Program-made: the position numbers and the translations under genes | The notes under the pieces: generated by a model | What the model was told of the DNA's origin: nothing | Seen by the model: the letters and a program-made list of their open reading frames with translations, nothing else | Database searches by the model: none | Assembly (NCBI RefSeq): GCF_009914755.1 | Contig: NC_060930.1 | Strand: one strand, 5' to 3' | Origin: the human T2T-CHM13v2.0 reference genome, Homo sapiens | DNA length: 64,000 nucleotides | Part shown: in pieces, positions 15,383 to 36,862 of the stretch | Numbering within the stretch: position 1 is the stretch's first letter | How the letters are laid out: each line of letters opens with the position of its first letter

Positions 15383-15929
15383 GAAAATTTAAGTTTCACC
15401 TTAAAAGAAATATATAGCCCTTTCTAATCACTCAGTAATTAAAAGTCAGTGACCCTTTCCTTTGTATTCATACAGATAATAATAAAAATTCTGGACATAG
15501 TTTTTTATTTGACAATTTTTAATTAAGTAGACCAACTTAAAAAGGGCAATGCTTTACAGTAGATTAAATATGAGCTCTTTGGGAATTGGTTTCAGTAATA
15601 AAATTTGTCCTCTCAAACTGTGGTTTTGATGAGGTTCAGATTTCATAAAGCAGCACAAAACATTGTGCGGTGGGTTTTTTTCTTTTCCCATTTTCCTGGT
15701 TAATTTTCTTCACCACTGCCAAGAGTAATTTAATCAGATAGGCCTCTAGAGGACCCTGCTCTTAAAGCATAAAGTCAGGCACTGCATATCTCTCTTCCTT
15801 TTTATATTTAATTTGACCATTTGCCATGCCCACTATTTGAGTGGGTGTGGACGGGGAGGTTGGGAATAAGGAAGAGATGGAAGAGGAGACTAATAGAAGA
15901 TGTGCTTTTCATTCAGATTTGTTTCTCTT

Positions 15930-17330
15930 TTCCTTCATTCATTCCAGAAACTTTTATTAACTCTACTGTGTGCAAGATACTGTACCAGGCTAGCTGGGAA
16001 GACAAAACACCTTAGGCATGCCCTTACCCTCCTGGGGTCCTTGCACTGTCTGGGGAGGCAGGATTCTGGTTGTCTAATGTCTAATGTGGTAAGCGCTGTG
16101 AATGTATGCAGTGTTATGGGAAGGGAGGATTTGTCTGGGGAAGGGGCAGGGAGGGCATCCTTTGGTCTAAAGGGGAAGTTGGAATGAATTATTCAAGTGG
16201 AGAGGCCAGGGTAGTAGTGTTAGAGGCAAATGAAAGAGCATGCTTGACCAGAGAGGATAGAGCCTGTGTGCTTAGAGCTGTCAGCGTTTTGGCCATTGTG
16301 CCAAGATCAGTGGAAAGACATTGCAGATTTTAAAAATCAATGAAATATTTTATACATTATAAAATACATGTAAGATGTAAAAATGGTATATTGAACACAC
16401 ATATTCACCATCTAGCTTAAGAAATGAAACATTACCTATACCATTAGCGTCCCCTGCTTACCCTTTCTAGTCTTATCGTTCTTCTCTCTGCTTTTTTTTC
16501 TTCCTCGCTTCTTCCCAGGAGTAACCACTAGCCTGAATTTTCTATTTATATATTTTTTGCTTTTCTTTCTATTTTTACTACATATGTATGCATCCCTAAG
16601 TCATGCATAGTTTTGCATGATTTTGACCTTTGGGTAGTAAGAATCAGCATGGATGAATCTCACATAATGTTGAGCGAAGATGCTAAGTTGGAGCTACATA
16701 TAGTGTGAAACCACTGAAAGGCTTTGCACAGGGGAGTGACATTTAATTTGTATTTTCTAAAGATTACTTTTTATGCAGTGTGGATAATGGATTGGAGGTA
16801 AACAAAAATGGATGGGGAGAGCAGTTAGAAGGATGTTATAATCTAAGTGGTAACTTATGGTTGATGGTTGTAACCTCTTAAGAGAAATCATAGACAAATT
16901 CTTAGCCATAGCCCTTTAGGATCTTATCCCTCCCAGCTATTCAACCTTGCTCTTCCCTGAATCTGGCAAGCTTGTTCCCTGTTAAGGTCTTTCCCTGTTC
17001 TCTGTAACCTGAGCCTTTCATCTCGGGTCTGCAGAGTTCAGTCTTTAACTGCACTCAAGTCTCTGCACAGAGAGGTCTTTCCTGGCCATTTTGTTGAGAA
17101 GTGACCCCCTGCCCTTGTCATTATTTTCTGTTCTCCTTACTCTGCTTTTTCTTTGTAGTTTTTAAAAAAATTGCAACTTGAAATTATACATTTATTTATA
17201 GCATGTTTGCTGCTGCTAAAATATAAGATCCATGGGGGCTGGTCTTATCTAAAATTGTAACCTCCTTTCCCCCCGTGCCTAGTACATAGTAGGTGCTCAA
17301 TAAATATTTGTTGAATAGATGAGTGAATTG
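15930..17330. mobile_element. Degenerate L2 fragments on both strands with interspersed old repeats
   Basis: L2 3'-end motif gtgcctagtacatagtaggtgctcaataaatatttgttgaat at about 17275-17316; cattcattc near 15937. Confidence 0.5.
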
Positions 17331-17756
17331 ATTGAAGTTGGGATAATGGAATTCATTCTTCCCTTTTCAGCTGTTTCTCAAACATCTCTCTGGCTGTGAA
17401 CTTTTTTCAGAGCTTGAGGTTAATGCCCAAACCCTGTCTTGCTGTCACCTCAAACTCAGTATATATAAAATTACATTATTTTCCTTCCTCCAGTCTTTCA
17501 CTTTTGTTAATGCTGCCATCACTGACAGTCCTCAGGCACAAAACCTTGGTGTTATCTTGCAGTGTTCACTACCCCCGATCCCTAGGGTGCTGTATATTCC
17601 CATTTATGTGTTTGAGGAAGTTTTCTGGTTACTGTTTCACCTCTGCTTTTTGCCTATTGACATTTTAGCCAGCCCTCAGGGCCCTGCCTCAGTCTTTCTC
17701 TTCTGAGCACGAAGCTGAATTTCCATCCAAGCACCCCTTTTGTACTTATGTTTATA

Positions 17757-18065
17757 GTTTGTTTTGTTTTGTTTTTGAGACAAGGTCTTTCTCTGCTACC
17801 CAGGCTGGAATGCAGTGGCGTGATCACTGCTCACTGCTGTCTTGACCTTGACCTTGTGGGCTCAAGCCATCCTCCCACCCCAGCCTCCTGGGTAGCTGGG
17901 ACTACTGTTATAGGTCACCACACCTGGCTAATTTTTAAAATTTTTTATAGAGACGGGGGTCTCGCCATATTTTCCAGGCTGGTCTCGAACTCGTGGCCTC
18001 AAGCGGTCCTCCTGCCTCGGCCTCCCAAAGTGCTGGGATTACAGGCATGAGCCACCGTGCCTGGT
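17757..18065 (-). mobile_element. Alu (AluJ-like)
   Basis: reverse-complement Alu. Confidence 0.9.
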
Positions 18066-18168
18066 GTAATTACTCTTTTTTTAAATTAAAAAAAAAAACC
18101 CACACAGTCTCCTGATCTGTTAGTTCCTTTCCCATGTCCTAATATTTTAAACATAGTATTGAGTTGCC

Positions 18169-18530
<362 letters not shown>

Positions 18531-19289
18531 TAGCTCTGTCATAGAGACCTAATGCTTGCTACTTGGTTGTGCAACAGAAGACAGCTGACAGCAACAATGC
18601 CATCAGCATGGTTTTCTTACCTTCTATCTTTGATGTTGATTCAGGCTGGATTCTCTTGAGCCGGTGGAGGCTCCTGCAGTTTTAGAAGGTGAGTAGTCAT
18701 AAGGTGTCACCTGCTGCATCACACTGGAAATGTGTGGAGGCAGTGGAGTCTGAGCTGATGATGAGTATTTACTTAGTAGTTCTCTGTACCTACCTAGCAG
18801 TGATTCAGGTTGTAAAGAAAAATTTAATTGGTTAAATTATTTTAACCAATGTTTGAGTGCCTATTTTACTGTGATGAACATAGATGTACAAGATGTTTTG
18901 CTCATTAGGAGTCTCCAAAATCTAGCAGGTATGTGAGTTATGTAACATTCTTTTTAGTAAATAAAATATGGTAAATGCTGAGTTAGAAGTAGGTGTGAGC
19001 TGCTGTTGAAGGCAGCATATGACTCATTGAAGGACTTATCAGGGGAGGCTTATTTCGTAAGGGATGTAATGGGGCACGTCTTGATGGATAAATGGAAATT
19101 CACAAGTGGAGAGGGGCTTTAAGATCTGTGTATAGGTAATTCATGAAAACACAGTGGAATCAATCTAGGCCCAAATGTAGCTCCAGTAAAGGGTGAAACC
19201 AGCAGGGGTAGAGCTTTAGTTCCTTGATATCATGGCTTAAGGTAGCCAAGAAGTTCTGATTCAACAGTGCCCTCAAGTAGCATGCTGTA

Positions 19290-19510
19290 CAGATAGCCTC
19301 ACATTGCGATTAAAAGTGGACTCTGCAATTAGGCTGCCCACGTTCAGATTTCATATCTGCACCTTACTAGCTTTGGGACTCTGGACAAGTTACTTAACCT
19401 CTCTGGGCCTTGATATAGTATCTACTTCATATAAATGAAGATTAAATGAAATAAAATACATAAAGTGCTTATGAACAGGATCTGACACTCAGAGTGTTCA
19501 ATAAAGGTTT
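19290..19510 (+). mobile_element. MIR
   Basis: ttactagctttgggactctggacaagttacttaacctctctgggcct core. Confidence 0.7.
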
Positions 19511-19547
19511 GCTATTTTTATTTTTGACTGTTTACATCAGCCTAGAG

Positions 19548-19765
19548 CAGGGGTTGGCAAACTACGTCATGTGGACCAGGACCAAATCTGGCCTGCAGTT
19601 AGATTTACAAATAAAGTTTTTTTGGAATCAAGCCATGCGCATTCATTCGGTATTGACTATGGCTGCTTGGTGTGTGCTATAAGAGCTGGGTTTAGTAGTT
19701 GTGACAGTGACCAAATAGCCTGTAAAATCTAAAGTATTTACCATATGGCCCTTTATAGAAGAAAT
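19548..19765 (+). mobile_element. MER58A-like hAT-Charlie MITE
   Basis: caggggttggcaaactac ... aaataaagtttt...ggaatcaagcca ... tatggccctttatagaa. Confidence 0.75.
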
Positions 19766-20031
19766 GTACCTTTTTTGAAGAAACTTACCATTTACTATAT
19801 GGTCCTTTGTAGGCGAAATTTAGAGGATAAAATCAAACTCTTTAGCTCTCAAGATCTTCAGTGATTGCTTCCAAACCAGCCTTTTTTCTATCCATAACTA
19901 ACAGATGGCCACAGCAGCTCTTTGGTTTTCACTGGCCCTTCTATTCCTTTTATAGCTGCTGTCTGTTGCTGGATTGTGCTTCCTTTAGTGTTCCAACTAC
20001 TCTTCTGTCTTTTGCGTGAATATGGGCAGAG

Positions 20032-20190
20032 GCAGGGCCAGGACTAGGGTAGAATGTGTGAGGCACTCACTCTAGGTACACAATTTAAGGGGGCCCCAAA
20101 AAACTTGATAATCAAGATAATTTGTTAATGTTTTTAAAAATAAAAATTAATGCAAAAAACCCATTATGAACAAAATATCGATATTTTACT
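20032..20190 (+). mobile_element. hAT-type MITE fragment (MER53/MER91-like)
   Basis: cagggccaggactagggt...gaggcactcac...aatttaagggggccccaaaaaac recalled as a MER terminus. Confidence 0.45.
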
Positions 20191-20263
20191 TTTTTTGAAG
20201 CTTAATATTAATTTTATTAAACTTTTTTCCAGGTTTATTATGATTGGCAAATAAAAATTTGTA

Positions 20264-20570
20264 GGCTGGGCACGGTGGCTCATGCCTGTAAACCTAGCAC
20301 TTTGGGAGGCTGAGGCGGTAGGACTGCTTGAGCCTAGGAGTTTGAGACCAGCCTGGGGAACATGGTGAGACACTGTCTCTACAGAAAATAAGAAAAAAAT
20401 TAGCTGGGTGTGGTGGCACGCAAGCGTGACTCCAGCTACTTAGGAGGCTGAGGTGTGGGAGGACCGCTTGAGCCCAGGAGGTCATCGCTGCAGTGAGCTG
20501 AGATTGTGCCCACTGCACTCCAGCCTGGGCGACTGCGCAAGACCCTGTTTTGGAAAAAAAAAAAGAAAAA
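20264..20570 (+). mobile_element. Alu (AluJ-like)
   Basis: both monomers and A tail. Confidence 0.9.
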
Positions 20571-20574
20571 TCTA

Positions 20575-20930
20575 AGTTGTACAGCTTAGGGTTTTGATCT
20601 AAATATATCTTGAGTAATGATTCCTACAGTCAAGCTAATTAACATATCCATCACTTGAATGGTTACCATTTTCTTGTGTGTGAGATAAGAACATTTCAGA
20701 TCTACTCTCAGCAAATTTCAAGTATTCAGTAATACATTATTATTTATAATAGTTACCATGGTGTACATTGAATCTCTAGAAATTATTCATCTTATAACTA
20801 AAAGTTTGTATCCTTTGACCAACATATCCCCATTTCCCCCACCCCCAGCCCCTGGCAAACACTACTCTACTGTATGTTTCTCTAAGTTTGACTTTTTTAG
20901 ATTCCACCTATAAGTGACGGGATCAGTATT
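20575..20930 (-). mobile_element. L1MA-like 3' fragment
   Basis: caagctaattaacatatccatcac ... ttttagattccacctataagtga. Confidence 0.65.
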
Positions 20931-21795
20931 ACTGATGTTTTTTTTCCTCAGCCTCCAACATGGCTCAATATAGTACTGGGCAGCAGAGAGAAAGTAACCC
21001 ACATGTAAGCGGCTTAAGCCCAGATACTCATACTTCCTACGTATATGTGGGAGAGAGTAGTAAGATTCAAAGTAACCTGCTGGCTGATCACCAATGTGAT
21101 ATACCAATGGCATATACTCAGGTCCTTGTCAGGACTAATTTCATAAAGTATAATTATGCACATATTTTGTTGAACTTAGTTTACAGCAGTGATCTGTGTA
21201 TAATCTGTTGTATAAAATGAAAGAATGAAAACATTTCCAAAAGTTTTCAAGTAGTTCATTTGAAATGGTTCACTGAGAGCAGTGAAGCATATACTTTAGA
21301 ATAGCAGCATTGGATAACTAAAACTGTTTACCAAGAGATCTGGAAGGATCACCTGGTTCCTGCAAGCTTTTTCTAAGAAAGGCCAGATAGGGATATTAAT
21401 TGAATTTTAATGCTTTCCAATAAACATTGACCCAGCAAGCTTTTTTAGATGACTAACTTTCTAATCTGCTTTGACATTTCTTCGTGGGGCTGCAAACAGT
21501 GATTTGTTGGTAGGTTTTAAAATATGTATAATTTGTTTTAGTGAAGAAGGTTTGGAAGTATACTGTAGAATTCTGTGAAAGCAGAATGGAGTCTTATCTG
21601 TAAGGAATAAGTCTGGAGGAATGGACAAGATCAACTTTTCATTTCTCAGACACCTTGTTGAGATGGATAGGAATTATTTGATGTTTTGACATAGTAAATT
21701 AGTTGTTCTGCCTCTCATTGTTATATAACAAGAGATAAAATGCAATGTTGAACTTGATGGTCTTTTGCTTTCTAAACACTTTTCAATGTTTTTAG

Positions 21796-21873
21796 GTGTA
21801 TAGTGTTGATTGGAGCCAAACCAGAGGTGAACAGCTTGTGGTGTCTGGCTCATGGGATCAAACTGTCAAATTG
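21796..21873 (+). CDS. PEX7: PEX7 coding exon 4 (78 nt; VYSVDWSQTRGEQLVVSGSWDQTVKL)
   Basis: tttttag| acceptor, TTG|gtatgt donor; WD40 motif SGSWDQTVKLW continues into exon 5. Confidence 0.97.
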
Positions 21874-22253
21874 GTATGTTAGCATTATTGTATTCAAAAA
21901 CGAATATTCCCTTCTCTAGAGCTTCCACTAAATTTTCTTCTCTTTTTCCAACATACTTCTGTAGCTCTATGATTCGACAGCTGAGCTTTCTTTTAAAAAA
22001 AAAATTAAAACACTTATTAGAACTTAAAATTTTCTAATCTTTTGGCTGTGAACTAATAGTTAGCTCAGCATTAGTTTGGCCCTTAAATACAGTCTTGCTT
22101 TATATCAAAACAGATCTTTAAAAATCCTTGAGATCTGTATATATATTGTATGCATATATATAAATGTATATAGTTTATTGGTGTATGTAGTATATGTAAA
22201 AGCATAAATTTGAATTTATCCCTCAAGTAATTGATCTATTCATTTATTTGTAG

Positions 22254-22397
<144 letters not shown>

Positions 22398-22421
22398 TAG
22401 TGAATGGTGGCCTTGTTTTTA

Positions 22422-22436
22422 CCATTAGGTGGCGCT
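22422..22436 (+). promoter_or_regulatory. Candidate CTCF binding motif
   Basis: ccattaggtggcgct closely matches CCASYAGRKGGCRSY; motif match only. Confidence 0.5.
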
Positions 22437-22505
22437 GTGTACCTTAGCTTCAGAGAGAAAACAGGAGAATATTACTATTCTTTTGTGTTCTTAAGACTTT
22501 ACTTC

Positions 22506-26698
<4,193 letters not shown>

Positions 26699-27056
26699 GA
26701 CTTTACTTCATCAACCTCTTGACAAGAGTTAGCTGTGGTTCAGATTACTTTTCAATGATTCCAACTCCTAAAGAATAATTCCTAGATTTCTGGCAAGGAC
26801 AAATTCATGGATGGTAATGTTATAACTGAGATATGATACATGTTTGAAAGAGAAGGTCTTGAGTTTTGTTTTACAACACTGTTTCAGAACCTGTGAGACA
26901 CGCATCTGCTTGTCAATGAGCAGGTTGAGCTTGGAGCTGAGAACTCTGGCCTCATGAATAAAAATTGTATCATTGGCTTAGAATTGGTAACTAAAGCCAT
27001 TGCAGTAAATCAGAGCACCTAGGAAAGACTAAGTCAAAGAAACCTTGGAATAGAGC

Positions 27057-29478
<2,422 letters not shown>

Positions 29479-30364
29479 GCATAAATCCTCAAGGAGAGAG
29501 TAAGAAGTGGAAACTCTTTTGTGCAGTTGGCTGTTTAGTAGAGAACAGAAGACATTAGCTAGAGGAGGAGGTGGTGCTCCTAATAGTGTCTCCTCTTTCA
29601 GTTATGCAGCATCCAAAGATAGACAATAGGTAGGATAATTGTTCCTTTCTTGCTAATAAACTATACCAATGCCCTGAGTTGTTGAATTATGTTGATTGGC
29701 TTTCTTAGGAAATATAATATCACACACTTTTTTCCCATTTTATTTCATTATTTTTAATTTTAAAAGTAAAAAATGACCAAACCATCCTAAATTGTGAAAG
29801 TACTATTAGGTTGAAAATACTCAGAAATGGAAACCTTCAGGTAAATTATATACAGACAAGTATATCCATTTAGATTATGCAACTTTCTTTTTACAGGGAG
29901 CATGACTGAGGTGAAAGATTATGTAATTTTTTGAGATCCTAATAATGAATACTAGTAATGCCTATGTATAGAGGCATAGTTAATTTAAGAAAAAATATTT
30001 TTGTTCTCTGATAAAAATTAATAGCTTTCTTTTCTAGAATGTTGAGCAGTACACACTGTCGACTTATAAGGTTATAAACTATTATTTTTTGAATTTTTAA
30101 GCTAAGTCATAGCTTTTTTTGTCCATAATCTGAATTAAATCTTTTCTAATATATGAAGTCTTTTGGGATGGGACCAGTAATATATTTTTTCTTCTTATGT
30201 TGCCTTTCCCAAGCCTGCATCCTTCTTTGGTCTTTTATCCTTCTGTAACATAGTTAACCTTTACGGTTAGTAAGGCTGAGTGTGCATTAAGTCAGTGGTA
30301 GCAATATTAATATATTTAATTTGAATCAATTAACCCTTTCATTTACATGTATAACTTGAGTTAA

Positions 30365-30665
<301 letters not shown>

Positions 30666-30983
30666 TGTGTTTTTAATTTAGTATAAATGGTAATGAGTTT
30701 TGTGCTTATAGTGAATCGGATCTGTAAGTTGACCACAGTTCAGTTTACTGGTTTATACTGTTACCATTTTGTAATTTTACCGTTGGTGAAAGATTCTACC
30801 ACAGAGAGTATTAGTCCAAGTCGAATTAAAGTTCTTGTAAGGATGTGAATTAGATTGACATTAGCATTATTTTCTTAGGGGAGGGATGCCTTTTGGCCTT
30901 ATATCCTACAGTTTCAAAGGAGTCATTTCAAACTCTAGATTGAATTAGTGGTGTAGAATAGATCCACCTCAAAAATGAACTGA

Positions 30984-31277
<294 letters not shown>

Positions 31278-31442
31278 GGAACTGAAGCATGCTTCTGTTC
31301 TAGTGAAACAGTGAAGACTTACCTGCTGGGAGCTCTAATTGGCAACATACACAGTAAACTAAAATTAATAATGAGAATATAATTTTGTATATTTGGAAAA
31401 GTATTAGTAAGTACAATTCCTTGAACAATTGATAGGTCTTAA

Positions 31443-31822
<380 letters not shown>

Positions 31823-32465
31823 TAAGGTTCTAAATTTGCCTTGATTTGGGCATTTTTGTTTGTTTGTTTGTTTTCAGTTTGTTTTCTCTGACAGGATACA
31901 TGACCATGACAAACACCCAGTTTGCCTGAGTTTTAAAAAGGATATTTCGTTTGCCCCACTGGAATGACCAGTAAAGACATACATCCAGTTGGCAAAGTGG
32001 AAAGAGGGTATTGATTTGTTTTTAATCATTGTTCTCTTTATGCGTATGACCAAATATAAATCTGATAGTGACAAAATCACAAACTAATACAGCTGCATTT
32101 TTTGGACGTCAGTCAGAATTGTGTGTATTAGCCCTTCATTTGAGCTGAGTCACACACCTCTTCTTTTTACATTGGTCTTTGTGTAGCATGGAATACATAG
32201 CATTGACTCTGGATAGTGCTGTAGAATATGCACTGTATGAGACTGAATAACAGAAGATGAATTGTTTCTAGAGTGTTGCTATAATCACAACACTTCACTT
32301 TTCAAACTATCTGTACAGTGTAAGTGGGTAGTAGAAAAGTGATCTTTTATCAACAGAATGACTGTTTGCTTCTGTAGAAGACCCCTGTTTCATTACATTA
32401 CCTTCATATGTTGTGTTAGAAATTAATATAAATCTTGGTCATATCAGCCAGGACTTCTTTGGTTG

Positions 32466-32496
<31 letters not shown>

Positions 32497-34010
32497 TTCT
32501 GACCCAAAGTGCTTTAAGGAAGAAGATAACTTATTTGCTCACATAAGTGAAAAGTTCAGAATTAAATCTGGCTTTATAGGCATGGTTGAATGTAGGGCTC
32601 TGTCTTCTGTTGTGCTGGTTTCAGAATCAGGGTATCAGGCACCACATGATGGCAAGATAGTAGTAGCTCCAACACCTACCTCTTTTCTGGTTTCTGTCCA
32701 GTAGGAGAAAGTGAAAGATTCCTTCTCAGACATCCAGACTGTTTCATTTTCTGTCATGGGCTCTGATGCGTCCTTGTGGATGTTCCTGAACTAATCACTG
32801 TGTGTGGGTGAGGGGGATACAATATTTTGATTGGCTTAGGCTTGGTTAGTCCCTGCAGTTGGGAATGGAAAATGAGAGAGGGTGTTACCCAAACAACATG
32901 GATTGAGGATGGAAAGAGTGAATCCAGATTAGGTGAATGTAGGTGGATGGAGTCGAAGGGGCCAGTATTCACTAAATTGGCTGCACATCTAAGGCTTCAG
33001 ATAAATCAGAGGGGATTTGATGAAAATCAAGTACTGGACCTGTAAGCTCTAACATATGTTCTTCAAAAACTTTCCTTGTGAAATGGATACAGTAAAGCTG
33101 TTTTCTACCAATTTTTATGACTTAGGGAACTCATTGGAAGATTGATTTTTCAAACATTTGCCATTTTCCTGAAATAATCCTTTGTGGTGATTTACAAATA
33201 TTAGTCTACTTAGTACTTTTTAAAAGATTCAAAGTTCTTCTTCCACTCTGCAAAAATATTGGAATGAGTTGGGGTGTAGTAAAAAGTCAATGCAAGTTGC
33301 AAAACTCTCACTGTGCCTTAGCCATTTCAGAGACAAGAACATTTACTCACTGGGCTGTGTACCATGCGTTTGTAAGCAAATGCAGTGCTTAGATCTTCTT
33401 TGCTTCACTTGTTTTCATACATTTCCTATAACACTTGTGTATTCTTTTACATAGCCGAATGCCTTACATAGCCAAACACGAAAATATTTTTGATAGTTAT
33501 TATATAAGATATGGGAGTAACCATCTTATTCAAATTTTTAAAACATACTGAGTTCATTTTGATTGTTGAGAAGGACGCTGCTAGTGAGTCAGTCAGATAT
33601 TTATTGAATGTCCATCATTTATTGGAGATTCAGTGAGGAAGACAACAGATGGAGTTCCTGCACTCTTAGAGCATATAGTCCAGTAGGAAAGAGGAATGCT
33701 AAGACAAAATCTAGAAGCAGCTAGTGATGAAGACTGTGAAGTTCTTTAAGGAGAGGTAATATAGCACAGTGGTCAGGAACAAGGATTCTGGAGCTGGACT
33801 GCTTCAGATCAAGTTCTACTTTCCTGCTGTTAGGAGACTTTCTTTGGTCATGCCATTTAAACCTCTTGTCTCCTCATTCCTCATTTCTAAAATCAGGGTG
33901 ATAATGGTATCCACATCATGGAGTTTTGAGGAGGATTAAGTGGCTAATGTGCATAAAGGGCTTAGTTAGAACAGTGACTGGCAGAGTAAAAGCTCTGTGA
34001 GCATTACCTC

Positions 34011-34295
34011 TTTTTTTTTGAGACAGGGTCTGGCTCTGTTGCCCGGCTGGAATGCAGTGGTGCCATCTCAGCTCACTGAAACCTCTGCCTCCTGGGCTCA
34101 AACAATCCTCCCACCTCAGCCTACTAGCTAGGGCCACAGGTGTGCGCCACCACCCAGCTAATTTTTGTATTTTTGGTAGAGACAGGGTTTCACCATGTTG
34201 CCCAGGCTGGTCTAGAACTCCTGGGCTCAAGCAATCCTCCCGCCTTCAGCCTCCCAAAGTGCTGGGATTACAGGCATGAGCCACTGCACCCGACC
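34011..34295 (-). mobile_element. AluJ-like element at the end of a MIR (about 33755-34000)
   Basis: reverse-complement Alu; agcattacct / agtattacct flanks. Confidence 0.88.
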
Positions 34296-35861
34296 TTAAG
34301 TATTACCTGTTATTATTAACACGTGTGCCCAGAATTCTGTGGAAATGTATAAATGGATTCCTGAGCTTGTCAGGGTTGGCTGGTCAGGTCACTTCCCTGA
34401 AGAAATAGTCTAAGCTGCTGCCTTATGGACAAGTAAGAGGAAATGGGAAGTGGGAGGCAAAAGTTGGAACATGGAGAGAACAGAGCATACTTGAGGACCA
34501 TCAGAATGGCCTTTGCAGTGTATATGTGCTGTAACAGTGGACAGTTAGTGCTTATCTAAGAGCTAAAACTCTTGGAGCTCTAGGGTAATTTGCTCTAGGT
34601 AGACGCTGGAAAGCATGGTTGTATAGTAACATACTAGTCCAGCGATTCTAGAATCTGGCTAATCATCAGAACCATTGGGAGAGCATTAAAAAACAGCAGC
34701 AGAATTGTGGGCTTCATCTTAAGTCTTGCTGAATAAAAAGACAGAATACCCCTGGGAGATACATTTTTAAATCCCAGCTGAATCTAGTGAACAGCCCAAT
34801 TTGGGAAGCACTGTACTAGTCTATGGAATAGCTGTGTTTGAGATGCCAAATTGACAGCTTAGTTCTATTTGAGGTAATGGGAATTGCATGTCTGTTTTCA
34901 AAGGAATATACTCAACTCTTTTTTTAAAAATCTACAGAATGGTTTCAGTGCCGAATTCAGAGAAGTGGTTGCTTTAGTTGGAGAACTGCTTAGTTTTTTC
35001 TCAGTTTTGCTAGTGAGTTTATCTTTATTAATTCTCTTGCTTTGTCTTCTTGCTTACGGACGAGTGTTTATTATAAAACATAACATAATCTTTGCATAAA
35101 GTAATCCCAACTGCAAAGTTTGTAGTGTGGAACCCATAGTTGTAAAATACTTGTTTTTCATAGTGGAAGCTTATGTGATAGGCAGTCAAGATGTATTTTT
35201 ATGTCTAATCCTGTTGCACACATGTAGTTAAGTATATCTTTCAACAGATTACAACAATTTATATTTTAAGATAATATATGAGAACGTAGCATTTAGTTTG
35301 CTCCAAGAATTTAGTCATCTTCAAAGTTGTATAGTTTTGCAAATCTAGCATCAAATTAGTTACCATTAGATAAGCTAAGACAGGCCAAAATGGGGGAAGT
35401 TTTTAGAGAACTACCAGTAGATCTAGATTTACCTTCCATAGCAGAGTTGCCTAAAGACATTGCATTTTGCCTAATTCATGATAGTTGTGTTAGTACAGAC
35501 ATCATATTTCTAAATTATATGAGATAGAAGGGAAGAATATTTGAGCTCTTTTTATGAAGAGGATTAATATGAAGTAAATTATCTTTGGAATCATGAAAAC
35601 TAAATTATTGCTGTCACAGACTCCATCTAGTTGCGTAAGTCATAACCATGCCTGAATGTGTGGGATCCAGTAGTTAAAGCAAACCTCGTTCTACTGTAAG
35701 AAAAAGTCATATTACATCTGAGAGGCACAAGGCATTTCGGTTAAGTTATATTGGCCCCAAAGTACCCTTTTGCTACTCAGTTCACTTCCCAGTTTTAGAC
35801 TCTTATGTTTACACTCATTCTCCTTATGCAACTTCCTCGTACCTGCTGCAATTTGAAATTA

Positions 35862-36213
<352 letters not shown>

Positions 36214-36635
36214 AAATTCACTGGTTCTGTCAGTGGCAGGTCTGCAATTGATAAGAGAAGCTGGCAATTCAGGTGAGTCTATGGCACCATCACAGGGCCC
36301 TGATAAATGTCTGCCTGTCAATGAAAGGCCAGTTGTCTAGAAAATTCAATTGAAAAAACAATATAAATACAGAAGTCCTGGCAGCTGAAAGAGCTGAATG
36401 AGTCATTGTACCATTTGGTCATTAGGTCTCCTTCCTACCTGGAAAACAAAATGGCGAGGATGAAGTGCCAAATGGTTACATCAGGAGTTGCTGTCAAGGA
36501 AGTGGAATTCTCAGCTCCTGCCCAGCAGTCTTCACATTTTTGTGCCCATTAAATTAACTGCAAGAGGGGACAGCTCAAGCCATGGCTCTTTTTTTTTTTT
36601 TTTTTTTTTAAATATTGCATGAAAGTGGTGGTGTG

Positions 36636-36862
36636 AATTGAACAATGAGAACACATGGACACAGGAAGGGGAACATCACACACCGGGGCCTGTTGTGGGG
36701 TGGGGGAAGGCGGGAGGGATAGCATTAGGAGATATACCTAATGTTAAATGACGAGTTAATGGGTGCAGCACACCAACATGGCACATGTATACATATGTAA
36801 CAAACCTGCATGTTGTGCACATGTACCCTAAAACTTAAAGTATAATTAAAAAAAAAAAGAAA
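36636..36862 (+). mobile_element. Very short L1PA (about L1PA3-5) 3' UTR insertion
   Basis: GAG-type 3' UTR (aatgacgagttaatggg); TSD gaaagtggtggtgtg at 36621-36635 and 36863-36877. Confidence 0.92.
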
